Shown here: positions 17,796 through 26,731 of the stretch, one piece after another
How positions within the stretch are numbered: the first letter of the stretch is position 1
Layout: every line of letters starts with the position of its first letter
From: a virus
Taxonomy: Duplodnaviria > Caudoviricetes
Virus record (IMG/VR): IMGVR_UViG_3300005973_000002
Direction: 5' to 3' (one strand)
Length of the DNA stretch: 64,000 nucleotides
The notes under the pieces: model-generated
What the model saw: the letters and a program-made list of their open reading frames with translations, nothing else
Database searches by the model: none
Told to the model about the DNA's origin: nothing
Translations under genes and position numbers: made by a program

Positions 17796-17867
17796 GGGCG
17801 ATTAACTCAGTGGAAGAGTGGCTGCTTTACACGCAGTAGGTCGGCGGTTCGAATCCGTCATCGCCCA
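17796..17867 (+). tRNA. trnV: tRNA-Val(TAC), no encoded CCA
   Basis: Acceptor GGGCGAT/ATCGCCC; loop TTTACAC; T-loop TTCGAAT; A73 followed by CAA. Confidence 0.95.
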
Positions 17868-17871
17868 CAAA

Positions 17872-17998
17872 GCAATGCTCGCCAGAGCCCCGAGAATAAA
17901 CTCGATTCCTTAAAAATTAAGGTGTGATTGACCTAATCAATTTAGCTATGGAGTCCCTGTGCTCCTATTCGCAGGGTGGTCGGGGCGAGCACTATTGT
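17872..17998 (+). ncRNA. Candidate structured ncRNA of unknown class
   Basis: Closing helices TGCTCG/CGAGCA and CCGA/TCGG; inner hairpins CCTTAA/TTAAGG, TGATTG/TAATCA and CCCTGTG/CGCAGGG; GATTCC/GGAGTC pairing. Confidence 0.55.
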
Positions 17999-18000
17999 GC

Positions 18001-18032
18001 AAAAAAAGACGGGCTTGATCCCGTCTTTTTTT
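18001..18032 (+). terminator. Intrinsic terminator, possibly bidirectional
   Basis: AAAAAAAGACGGG-CTTGAT-CCCGTCTTTTTTT. Confidence 0.9.
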
Positions 18033-18042
18033 ATGGAGTGAT

Positions 18043-18279
18043 ATGAGTTGGCCAAATGAATTATCGAAAATTTCGGGACTGCAATCTTCTCTTTTTAGAA
18101 GACTTGAGGTTAGAAGAAGGTATATCAAATTTCTCAATTCTGGTATTGTTCATATTCATGCTAATGATATCGCAGAGAAAAAACGTTGGAGTCAAAATGT
18201 GTATTTACCTTCTTTTGTCATAGCACCCACTAAACCAGTCGAATATATTAAAATGAACTTCCATCTCTTCAACAAATAA
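18043..18279 (+). CDS. Hypothetical protein
   Basis: 78 aa; SD GGAG. Confidence 0.55.
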   Translation: MSWPNELSKISGLQSSLFRRLEVRRRYIKFLNSGIVHIHANDIAEKKRWSQNVYLPSFVIAPTKPVEYIKMNFHLFNK

Positions 18280-18410
18280 AATGAAGATGATGCTTGATAA
18301 ACATTACTGTAAACGAGTTTTTTACTAGACATGATATTTCGTTTAGCTGATAATCGATTTCTAAATGTCTTGAAATAGTATGATGAATGTGATGGTATAG
18401 ACGAGTCCCA

Positions 18411-18650
18411 TTGGCAAAAAACAACTATATGCAGCAGGTAGCTCAAGTAAAAAATAAAGCGGAATGGACTGGTTATGTAATTGGAAACGAAAAAAACCAT
18501 GAGCGCTGTGAAAGACGTATTAGAAACACTGATGTTCTAATTAAGCTGCCAATTCCAACAGAACAATTGCCTGAATGGGTTAAGCAACGTCGTGATTTTA
18601 TCGAAAACATCGATAAAATCGATGAAGTCTTTAAGAAAATGACGAATTAG
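18411..18650 (+). CDS. Hypothetical protein
   Basis: 79 aa; start uncertain. Confidence 0.5.
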   Translation: MAKNNYMQQVAQVKNKAEWTGYVIGNEKNHERCERRIRNTDVLIKLPIPTEQLPEWVKQRRDFIENIDKIDEVFKKMTN

Positions 18651-18661
18651 ACTGAACTGTT

Positions 18662-19570
18662 ATGATTGCACCTAAAGTTTTCTATATTCCTCAAAAAGTT
18701 GATTATGTAGTTGTCAGTGACATGTTTGCTGAAGATTACCCAGGCGGCGCCGAGTTAACGCTCGAAGCTCTAATGTCAAAAGCCCCAGGCCAAGTATATA
18801 AGCTACATTCACAGCTTGTTACAACTGAATTGATTGAGAATCACAAGGAGAAAGTGTGGATTATCGGAAACTTTTCCCAAATGTCAAAAACCAGTCTAAT
18901 AGAATTGGTAGCATCGGGGGTAAAGTTTTTTGTAATTGAGTGTGATTACAAATATTGCAAACACCGCTCTTCACACCTTCACAAGCTTCAGGAAAAACAA
19001 GAATGTAACTGTCATACTCAGCAGCACGGCATATTTGTTCGTGCTCTTTATCAGAGGGCACAAAAAGTATTCTTCATGTCCGAAGCGCAAATGAACGAGT
19101 ATGTCCATTTGTTCCCACAAGCAAAGCCAAACAATTTTATTGTTCAAAGTTCCACATTTAAAGACGAGACACTTGACAAATTAAAAGAATTGCGTGAGTT
19201 GAGAAAAACTAGAAAACCTAACGAGCGCTGGGCAATTATGAGCGGCGGTTCTTGGATTAAAGCCGAAAGAGCTACTATAGAGTGGTGTGAAAGCAAAGGA
19301 TTAGAGTATGATTTAATTGGCGGCCTCACACATTCAAGTTTTTTAGAAAAGCTTTCTACGATGAAAGGACTGGTATTTAGACCAGCAGGATATGATACAT
19401 GTCCACGACTCGTTATTGAAGCAAAGCTTCTAGGACTTGAGCTTGAACTGAATGATAATGTTCAACATAAAGACGAGAGTTGGTTTAGTGGTTCTATCAA
19501 TTGCACCGAAAAATACCTCAAGGACCGAACCAAATTCTTTTGGGATAAAGTAAATGAAAAAGATATCTAA
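18662..19570 (+). CDS. Glycosyltransferase-like protein (GT-B type)
   Basis: GGAELT N-terminal motif; VFFMSEAQ; DTCPRLVIEAKLLG (GT4-like E-x7-E variant). Confidence 0.65.
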   Translation: MIAPKVFYIPQKVDYVVVSDMFAEDYPGGAELTLEALMSKAPGQVYKLHSQLVTTELIENHKEKVWIIGNFSQMSKTSLIELVASGVKFFVIECDYKYCKHRSSHLHKLQEKQECNCHTQQHGIFVRALYQRAQKVFFMSEAQMNEYVHLFPQAKPNNFIVQSSTFKDETLDKLKELRELRKTRKPNERWAIMSGGSWIKAERATIEWCESKGLEYDLIGGLTHSSFLEKLSTMKGLVFRPAGYDTCPRLVIEAKLLGLELELNDNVQHKDESWFSGSINCTEKYLKDRTKFFWDKVNEKDI

Positions 19571-19898
19571 AAGCTCGAAAATTGACAAGAACCTACCACC
19601 TCCCCAAGCACTATCCAAAGAAGAAGCCAGAAGATTGCTAAAGGAGGGTCAAAAAGCTGTCAAATCTTTTGACAAGCCAAAATTACCAGGTGATTATGAT
19701 ATCGATTCAGGATTTTCAAAACTACGTGGGCAACGCTTGGAAAGAAAATGTGTGGTTTGTTCAGAGTCGTTAGAACATGTTTTTCATAAAGTAAATTCAC
19801 GTCCCGATTTTATCGGTTCTGGTTATACGTCCTGGCAACTTAAATGCACACGTTGTTCGAGCTGTGGTTTAAAGTATGATCTGGTTGGTATAGAGTAA
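19554..19898 (+). CDS. Hypothetical protein with Zn-ribbon Cys pairs
   Basis: CVVC and CSSC. Confidence 0.6.
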   Translation: MKKISKSSKIDKNLPPPQALSKEEARRLLKEGQKAVKSFDKPKLPGDYDIDSGFSKLRGQRLERKCVVCSESLEHVFHKVNSRPDFIGSGYTSWQLKCTRCSSCGLKYDLVGIE

Positions 19899-19919
19899 TT
19901 TTGCCTAACAGGAGATTGT

Positions 19920-20867
19920 ATGCCAGAATATAATGATGTTTATATTGTTCCACAATATTCGGATGTGACATCGAGAAGCAGGGTAGATACAACATCAGTT
20001 TTAGACCCCAAACACCGCAAGACGACTATTAAAGTTCCAGTAATTTCGGCAAATATGGACACTGTTACTGATGGCTATATGGCGCTCAAAATAGCAGAAG
20101 CTGGCGCCTTAGGTGCAATTCATCGTTTTATGTCAATTGGTGACAATGTTGAAGAGTGGGTGAAAGCCAAAGGAATGCCCTGCCTTGTCTCGGTAGGAGT
20201 TTCTGAGAGAGCAAGAGAACGGGCCGAAGCCTTATATGCGGCCGGCGCTAGATATTTTGTCATTGATATTGCTCACGGACATCATTTCTTGATGAAGCAA
20301 ATGATTTCCTTTTTTAGAAAGGAATTGCCAGAAGCATATGTTATGGCAGGAAATGTAGCAACACCTTCGGGCGCTGAAGACCTTGTTAGGTGGGGTGCAG
20401 ATGCTATAAAAGTTGGCATTGGGCCTGGAGCAGCTTGCACGACTAAAAATGTCACTGGAGTTACCATCCCTCAGTTTTTAGCTGTGAGATATTGTGCCGC
20501 CGCTGCTAAATCAGTAGACCCACAGACAGTGGTTGTCGCTGATGGTGGAGTAAAAGAAATAGGCGATATAGCCAAAGCCCTTGGTGCAGGAGCAGATTTT
20601 GTTATGTGCGGACGCATGTTTGCAAGTTGCCCCGAGGCACCTCATCCGGGTGTATACCGTGGCATGGCTTCTTTGGATGCTATGAAAAATGTAAGACTAA
20701 GTGATGAGCTGCCTACACCAGAGGGCAAAACACTAGCTTTGAAAACTGATAAACATGTAGATGAAGTTGTTTCTCTTATTGCTGGTGGCCTAAGGAGTGC
20801 TTTCTCTTATTCAAACTCATTAACTTTAAATGAATTTCACGAGAAATGTAAGTTCGGATATAGATGA
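19920..20867 (+). CDS. guaB: IMP dehydrogenase / GMP reductase family, no CBS domains
   Basis: [33 protein letters not shown] (catalytic Cys), [11 protein letters not shown]. Confidence 0.92.
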   Translation: MPEYNDVYIVPQYSDVTSRSRVDTTSVLDPKHRKTTIKVPVISANMDTVTDGYMALKIAEAGALGAIHRFMSIGDNVEEWVKAKGMPCLVSVGVSERARERAEALYAAGARYFVIDIAHGHHFLMKQMISFFRKELPEAYVMAGNVATPSGAEDLVRWGADAIKVGIGPGAACTTKNVTGVTIPQFLAVRYCAAAAKSVDPQTVVVADGGVKEIGDIAKALGAGADFVMCGRMFASCPEAPHPGVYRGMASLDAMKNVRLSDELPTPEGKTLALKTDKHVDEVVSLIAGGLRSAFSYSNSLTLNEFHEKCKFGYR

Positions 20868-21779
20868 TTGAATAACATGACTGCAAAAAATCCAAATAAA
20901 ATACAACTTTCACTGTTCGAAGATACTACAATTTTACCAACACAAAAGTTTCATATTTCATATTCTGAACTATCTGATTGGTATGAATGTTCTTATCGAC
21001 ACAAGCTAAAACATGTAGAAAAAATTGATCTAGACGGTCCGTCTATTCACACCACCTTTGGCTCGGTTCTTCATGATGCTCTAGAACAATATGTAAAAAC
21101 TGGCAAAACTCCTTCGACTGATGAGACAGTTAAAAAACTTAAAGCCGGCATAGCTGAGCTTATGTTCACTGAGAATGCAGTTACAGCAGAGGAGGCACAA
21201 GAGTTTATTGATGTCGTAGAACCTATATTGGAACAAGCTCCAAAGTGGTTGGATGAGGAATTTCCTGGTTGGAAACTCGTATCAGCTGAAGAAATGTTAT
21301 TTGAGCCAATTGAAGGTCAAAAAAACAAACACTTCAAGGGATACATCGATCTTGTTATCAAAGTACCTAAAAAGAAGAAGGGTAAGGGAACCCGACTAAG
21401 TGGAATTAAGGGTGAAGTGGTTGCTGGGGAGTGGGTTTATTGGATTATTGACTGGAAGACAACCAATTGGGGTTGGCGAGCTGAACAAAAGCGTTCTTTC
21501 CAAAAACACATGCAGTTAATATTCTACAAGCATTTTTGGTGTGCAAAACATGGAATTGACCTGAAAGAAGTTCGTTGCGGATTTGCTTTTCTGCGTAGAC
21601 GAGCACGGAAAGACGGAACAAGAATTGATATTCTTCCTGTGTCTGTTGGTCCCAAAGCTATAGAGAAAGCGTTGACAACGCTACATGATTGTCTCAACCA
21701 AATTCAAGCAGGAATGCATATTAAAAATAAGATGTCATGTCGATTCTGCAAATATGCGGGTACAAAACACTGTCCATAA
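20868..21779 (+). CDS. Cas4/AddB-like PD-(D/E)xK exonuclease
   Basis: SYSEL...C, FGSVLH, GYIDL, IIDWKT, QL..Y; C-terminal CRFC...C Fe-S ligands. Confidence 0.85.
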   Translation: MNNMTAKNPNKIQLSLFEDTTILPTQKFHISYSELSDWYECSYRHKLKHVEKIDLDGPSIHTTFGSVLHDALEQYVKTGKTPSTDETVKKLKAGIAELMFTENAVTAEEAQEFIDVVEPILEQAPKWLDEEFPGWKLVSAEEMLFEPIEGQKNKHFKGYIDLVIKVPKKKKGKGTRLSGIKGEVVAGEWVYWIIDWKTTNWGWRAEQKRSFQKHMQLIFYKHFWCAKHGIDLKEVRCGFAFLRRRARKDGTRIDILPVSVGPKAIEKALTTLHDCLNQIQAGMHIKNKMSCRFCKYAGTKHCP

Positions 21780-22182
21780 GAATCTACTTGTTATTAAAAG
21801 TAGATTAATAGTATTTAAAATCAGACTAACCTACACAGTTAAGTGGACCTGGATATTCTCTCCAGCTTGGAACTTAACATTAGCACCACTATCACTGTTT
21901 ATTTTTGTTATTTCTTTTATAAATTTACCGACAAATTCACTGTTGGTATTCTTATCTTCTTCTTTAGGAATTTTGTACGCAGTTGGGGTTCTGTTGTTTT
22001 TAATTTTGAGTCATTGGCAAATGTTTCGTCGAATTTGGAATTTTCATAAAAAACATTCACAATGATGCCATAATCCATGTTTGGAATTGGCAATAAACAA
22101 TTTAACAACTTTTCTAATAGAAATTAGACTATTACAAGAAAACACTAAAAATTTTGCTTTAAGCAAATAACTGAGGCAATAA

Positions 22183-23190
22183 ATGAAAATTTCGGGATAC
22201 TGCACAACTAGGAATTGTGTTCAGATGGATTACCCATTTGTAGAAGCAATTGAAAGCTTGCTGGACTTCTGTGATGAAGTTGTTGTAGCAGACAGTTCAG
22301 ACGGTACAGATAACACGCTTAATAAGCTCGAAGAGCTTATGGATAAACATTCTAAACTACGTGTAGTTCATGTGGATGTTCCATGGGATGCTCCAAACCA
22401 TGGTATTTACGACGGCCAAATGAAAGCTGTTGCTCGTTCTAAATGCACAGGAGATTATCTTTGGCAATTAGATGTTGATGAGATCGTTGAGCCTGGCTCA
22501 AGAATGAAAATTGAAAGCTTAATCAACCAAGCAGCTCCGTTTATGGATCAAAGCCCAATAATTGCATTGCCAGTTGTAGAATATTGGGGTTCAAAGGACA
22601 AAGTAAGAATCGATGTAAACCCATGGAAATGGCGACTCAGCAAGAATCTTCCTTATATTACCCATGGAATCCCTAAGCAATTGAGAAAAGTTGAGAATGG
22701 GCTTTTGTATGCCAAGAAAGGCACAGATGGTTGCGATTACATCCATGCTGAAACGGGAGAGATAATTGCATTTTCTAATTTTGTGACACCGGAAGTCGAG
22801 CAGCTACGTCGTAAAGCTATCACTGATGAAAATGCTGCAAGGGACTACCAAAACTGGTTTAATATGATTAACACTCACCTTCCAGTGACACATCACTTCT
22901 CATGGTTTTCAATTGAATCAAAGATTCTAAAGTTCAAGCACTTTTGGAATGATTCTTGGTTGTCACTCTATAACGAAAAGAAACCTGAGGGTTGGAATCC
23001 ATTTTTCGCTGACAAATCACTTGAAGAAGCTTCAGTTAAAGAAATAAAAGCTCTTGGAAAGAAATTGGCTACTGAAACTGGTGGGCATATTTTTCACACG
23101 CCTTGGAATGGCACTAAAACAAATCATGTCACTCTGGAGTGTGACATTCCACCAGTTATCAAAGATTGGTGTAAGAGACACAGCCAATAA
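22183..23190 (+). CDS. Glycosyltransferase family 2-like
   Basis: DFCDEVVVAD, SDGT, QLDVDE (DxD). Confidence 0.85.
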   Translation: MKISGYCTTRNCVQMDYPFVEAIESLLDFCDEVVVADSSDGTDNTLNKLEELMDKHSKLRVVHVDVPWDAPNHGIYDGQMKAVARSKCTGDYLWQLDVDEIVEPGSRMKIESLINQAAPFMDQSPIIALPVVEYWGSKDKVRIDVNPWKWRLSKNLPYITHGIPKQLRKVENGLLYAKKGTDGCDYIHAETGEIIAFSNFVTPEVEQLRRKAITDENAARDYQNWFNMINTHLPVTHHFSWFSIESKILKFKHFWNDSWLSLYNEKKPEGWNPFFADKSLEEASVKEIKALGKKLATETGGHIFHTPWNGTKTNHVTLECDIPPVIKDWCKRHSQ

Positions 23191-23199
23191 GGATAGCAA

Positions 23200-23949
23200 A
23201 TGACCGATCCAAAAATCTCAGTAATTGTAGCAAATTACAATCATGAAAAATACATCGAACAAGCAGTTAAATCGCTTTTAAATCAGACTTATCAAAATTT
23301 TGAGGTTGTCATCGTTGATGATTGCTCAACTGACAATAGCAAGGAAGTTATCACTGAACTAATAAAACTAGACAAACGAATCATTCAGCCGCTTTTCCTT
23401 GACAAAAATACTGGTAAATGGAACGCACTAAATCAAGCTATTGCACAGAGAGCATCGGGGCAATTGATAACCACACAGGACGCAGACGACGCTTCTACAC
23501 CGCAAAGATTAGAATGGACGCTAAGAGTCATGCAGAAAATGAACAGCTATCATACGCTTTGTGGATTTTATAACTGTGGCTCTCAAGAAGAAATGGATAA
23601 AGCTGAGAGTCGCCTCATTAAAAGCCCTGGACCTCATGAAGATATGGTCATGAACCATCAAGAGGTTCTGAAAAGCGTCTTTACCGGATATTACACCCAA
23701 GGCATTAATCACTACTTTACTGGGCAGTATGAAGTTCATGGTGCTAGCGCATTGTTTTATAAACAACTTTGGACACATGGAATGAAATTCATGCCGGGAA
23801 ACATGGGACTTCGTTGTCAAAAAGCAGAAGACAGCGATTTCAACACCAAATTGACTTTATTGCTCCAGAGAACAAGTATTTTGAAGGTCCCACTTTATTG
23901 TTATCGTCGTGGAACGACGACAAACCCTGCATATTTAGAGGGATTGTGA
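23200..23949 (+). CDS. Glycosyltransferase family 2
   Basis: ISVIVANYN, VDDCSTD, QDADD, AEDSDF. Confidence 0.9.
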   Translation: MTDPKISVIVANYNHEKYIEQAVKSLLNQTYQNFEVVIVDDCSTDNSKEVITELIKLDKRIIQPLFLDKNTGKWNALNQAIAQRASGQLITTQDADDASTPQRLEWTLRVMQKMNSYHTLCGFYNCGSQEEMDKAESRLIKSPGPHEDMVMNHQEVLKSVFTGYYTQGINHYFTGQYEVHGASALFYKQLWTHGMKFMPGNMGLRCQKAEDSDFNTKLTLLLQRTSILKVPLYCYRRGTTTNPAYLEGL

Positions 23950-24035
23950 CATTTTGAAAGAGTCGGATTGAATACTTGTTGCTTCTACACTATAGTTTAA
24001 AATAAACAATAAGAAAAACTGGAGACCTTAAAACA

Positions 24036-24064
24036 TAGTTATCCTTGCAATAAAGAAGGATGAC
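24036..24064 (+). promoter_or_regulatory. RBS-sequestering hairpin overlapping a TAGTTAT motif
   Basis: GTTATCCTT(24038-46)/AAGGATGAC(24056-64) 9-bp stem hides SD AAGGA of the GIY-YIG gene. Confidence 0.6.
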
Positions 24065-24066
24065 AA

Positions 24067-24846
24067 ATGAAAAAAGAGTTTGCAGGAAATGCGAATAAGG
24101 GTGGTGTTTACCAAATTCGCAACCTAACCAATGATAAAATTTATATTGGTTCTGCTAAGTCGTTTAAAAAACGAGCAAATCAGCATGAAAGTCGTCTAAA
24201 CGCAGGCAAGCATCACAATAAGCATTTGTTAGCAAGTTGGAACAAACATGGAGAAGATGTTTTTCTGTTTGAGATTTTGGAAGTTGTAAACGGTTCCACA
24301 AGAGAGAGAAGAAAGCGAGAACAGTATTTTATTGATCAATACCTCAACAACTGGGAAATATGTTATAATTTGAATAGACATGTAAATCAAAAGGTTGGTC
24401 CCTGGTCCAAAAATCCTGAACTTACAAGATTAAAAATGAGGATGGCCAAACTTGGCAAAGTTAGAGGCCCTCACTCTAAAGAAACAAGAGAAAAAATAGG
24501 AAAAGCAAATTCAAAAAAGAAACGAACCGAAAAGGAAAAAAATCATTTACGTATTGTGATGTCCGGTAGAAAACAACCTGAAAAGGTAAAACAGAAAATT
24601 AGCAAAACAATGAAAGAAAAGGGTTTAAGGCCGCCTTCTTGGAAAAATAAAAAACATTCTATAGAAACGAAACTTAAATTGTCAAAAAAGGTCCATCAAA
24701 TGGATATTAATGATAATCTAATTGCAGAGTTTGTTTCTATTTCAAAAGCTTCACAAAGCACAAAAATTGCTATTTCAAGTATTGTGAAATGCTGTAAAAA
24801 GCAAAGAAAAACAGCTGGTGGGTTTGTTTGGAAATATGCAAATTGA
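24067..24846 (+). mobile_element. Free-standing GIY-YIG homing endonuclease
   Basis: GGVYQIRN...YIGSA, R..H, REQYFID, CYN; NUMOD3 repeats; NUMOD1 C-terminus. Confidence 0.9.
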
Positions 24847-24891
24847 CTTTATTGCTGTACTGAATACGTTTGAATAAACGTATTTACAAAT

Positions 24892-25140
24892 ATGCTTATA
24901 TCACTTTCTAATTCACTCGATCATTATCAAAAACAGCTTGCAGAGCTAAAAGCGCTTTTTGTTGAAGTGTTGTGGCAGTTCCGCAGTGGGCAAATGGACC
25001 TATCAAAGTCAACCATAAACAAGATCGTTCACGAAATTGCTGTTCATGAGACAAGGATCAGAACGATAAGAATTGCTGAAAGGCTCGGTTTTACTAAACA
25101 ATTTGTACAAACGAAATACAAAGAACGTCAGACTGCGTAA
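24892..25140 (+). CDS. Hypothetical protein
   Basis: 82 aa, helical. Confidence 0.5.
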   Translation: MLISLSNSLDHYQKQLAELKALFVEVLWQFRSGQMDLSKSTINKIVHEIAVHETRIRTIRIAERLGFTKQFVQTKYKERQTA

Positions 25141-25678
25141 TGCTTCTATCATGTTCGACAACGAAGAAGGTTCCAAAGGAAAGACTAGAAAAAACCGTGT
25201 TAAAAATCTGAAAAAATTTGGGTTAGAAGTAGGAAAGCTTTACCAATTCAATGGCAGATTTCGCAAAGTCTATAGAACCAAACAGCCAAACGCCACCTAC
25301 CAAGAGCGCATGGAGAAGGATTATAAAGTTTATAAAGGCGACCATCTGATATTCATCTCAGCAGATCTTTGGGTTACTTCAACCGTTAAACGGGTTCGTT
25401 CACTCTCAGAAGATTTAAAAGAAGTGAAAGCAAGGCTAGAAGCTAAAGGCATGAAGGTTATTCGTACCGAGGGCTATCGAATGTCAGGTTCCAATTGGAG
25501 AAGAAGGTGGATAAAGGATAATGAAAATCCAAGATATTATTTCGTCTTTTACAAAGTACCTGAAGAAAGATTTAGTGGACGACTTTATATTGGACATAGC
25601 GAGAAGTTCGGATGGATCAACATTTCACAGATGACAAAAGAAGAAATAATGAGTCAATTTCAAAAGATTGATATTTAA
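25073..25678 (+). CDS. Basic hypothetical protein; start uncertain
   Basis: 201-aa ORF. Confidence 0.7.
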   Translation: MLKGSVLLNNLYKRNTKNVRLRNASIMFDNEEGSKGKTRKNRVKNLKKFGLEVGKLYQFNGRFRKVYRTKQPNATYQERMEKDYKVYKGDHLIFISADLWVTSTVKRVRSLSEDLKEVKARLEAKGMKVIRTEGYRMSGSNWRRRWIKDNENPRYYFVFYKVPEERFSGRLYIGHSEKFGWINISQMTKEEIMSQFQKIDI

Positions 25679-25694
25679 ATGCTTGGGAAAAAAT

Positions 25695-26603
25695 ATGATA
25701 GACGTAACTTGGAGAAAATTTAGGTCATGGTCCGGTGCAAAGATAGCCGGAGTAAAAGATTTTGAGCTTAACTCAGAACAGAAAAAACGTCATATGTGGC
25801 GAGCTGTTTGGCTTACGGCTCAAGTCGAAGGTGGTGGCAAATTTGGTGCTGTTCAATCATATGATGGTGCAGGTATTTCTGCTGGACTTGAACACAAGAT
25901 TGCAGTTCTGCCCAAAACAATGAAACAAGGTTCGCTTTGGGGTCTGCTTCGAAAAATGGAAGTAAATGCACCTTGCACTGCTCTTGATCGCCTTTGGGAT
26001 GCGCTTAAACAAGAAAACATGTACGTTGCGCAAGATGGCTACCTGAGAGAATGGAAATCAGGGAAATTGATTTCTGCTAAAGCTATTAGAGATTTGGTAG
26101 CACCGCCTAATGGACGAACACCACGCAGTGGCCCAGATTGGGAAAGGTGCAAGCAGTGGGCAATTCTTTTTCATGATCTGTTTTCTGATGAAGCAACTTA
26201 TGAGACTCAGGTCAATTCAACTATCGAATATCTTGTTTCTAACAATAAAAGAGATGAAGAAGAGGCTTATGAGGTATCAGTAGGGGTTAGTCATCCAACT
26301 GCTGCAATTCATGGTAAAAATATCTCAGATGAGCATGATCTCGCTTGGTGTGTTTATCACAGCTTTACACCAAATGCTCCAAGCCTAGCCAGAAGGCGAC
26401 TCGCTGCTTCAAAACCCGATGGAACCTCTGCATGGCCCAAACGTTTAATTAAAACGCTTGGAATGACCAATTATGGTAGATGGCATGACACGTTTGATGG
26501 CGGCAATCGTTACGATCGTACCCGTGTCTATGCTATACGTAGTGGTATGTGGCCTGAAAATTTATTCAATGGCCCAAATGCGATAATGCCACAAAATCTA
26601 TAG
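25695..26603 (+). CDS. Hypothetical protein, possibly a lysozyme-like peptidoglycan hydrolase
   Basis: QVEGGGKFGAVQSYDGAGISAG resembles E...N/Q-x-Y/W-D-x-A-x-x-S-x-G muramidase-type motifs (from memory). Confidence 0.4.
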   Translation: MIDVTWRKFRSWSGAKIAGVKDFELNSEQKKRHMWRAVWLTAQVEGGGKFGAVQSYDGAGISAGLEHKIAVLPKTMKQGSLWGLLRKMEVNAPCTALDRLWDALKQENMYVAQDGYLREWKSGKLISAKAIRDLVAPPNGRTPRSGPDWERCKQWAILFHDLFSDEATYETQVNSTIEYLVSNNKRDEEEAYEVSVGVSHPTAAIHGKNISDEHDLAWCVYHSFTPNAPSLARRRLAASKPDGTSAWPKRLIKTLGMTNYGRWHDTFDGGNRYDRTRVYAIRSGMWPENLFNGPNAIMPQNL

Positions 26604-26731
26604 ACATCAAGCTAATTGCTTAGCTATAGATAATTTCTTAAAATTGCTGTTTATCTTCTTTTGCGGACGAACTATACTAAAATACAGGTTGATACTTATG
26701 GTTCTGTTTGAACCTAGCGCAAAGGATATTA

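Noticed and set aside
17868-17930. Theta/HDV-like ribozyme right after tRNA-Val
   Set aside because: I could not fit the nested double pseudoknot (P1, P1.1, P2-P4, catalytic C) by hand; an Infernal or RNArobo search would be decisive.
21685-22108. Hydrophobic ORFs between the Cas4-like and GT2 genes
   Set aside because: Overlapping candidates in different frames, T-rich low complexity and no clear start; a small membrane protein is possible but unsupported.
24892-25678. Possible frameshift joining ORFs 24892 and 25073
   Set aside because: No slippery site or family evidence; overlapping genes with an uncertain start explain it equally well.
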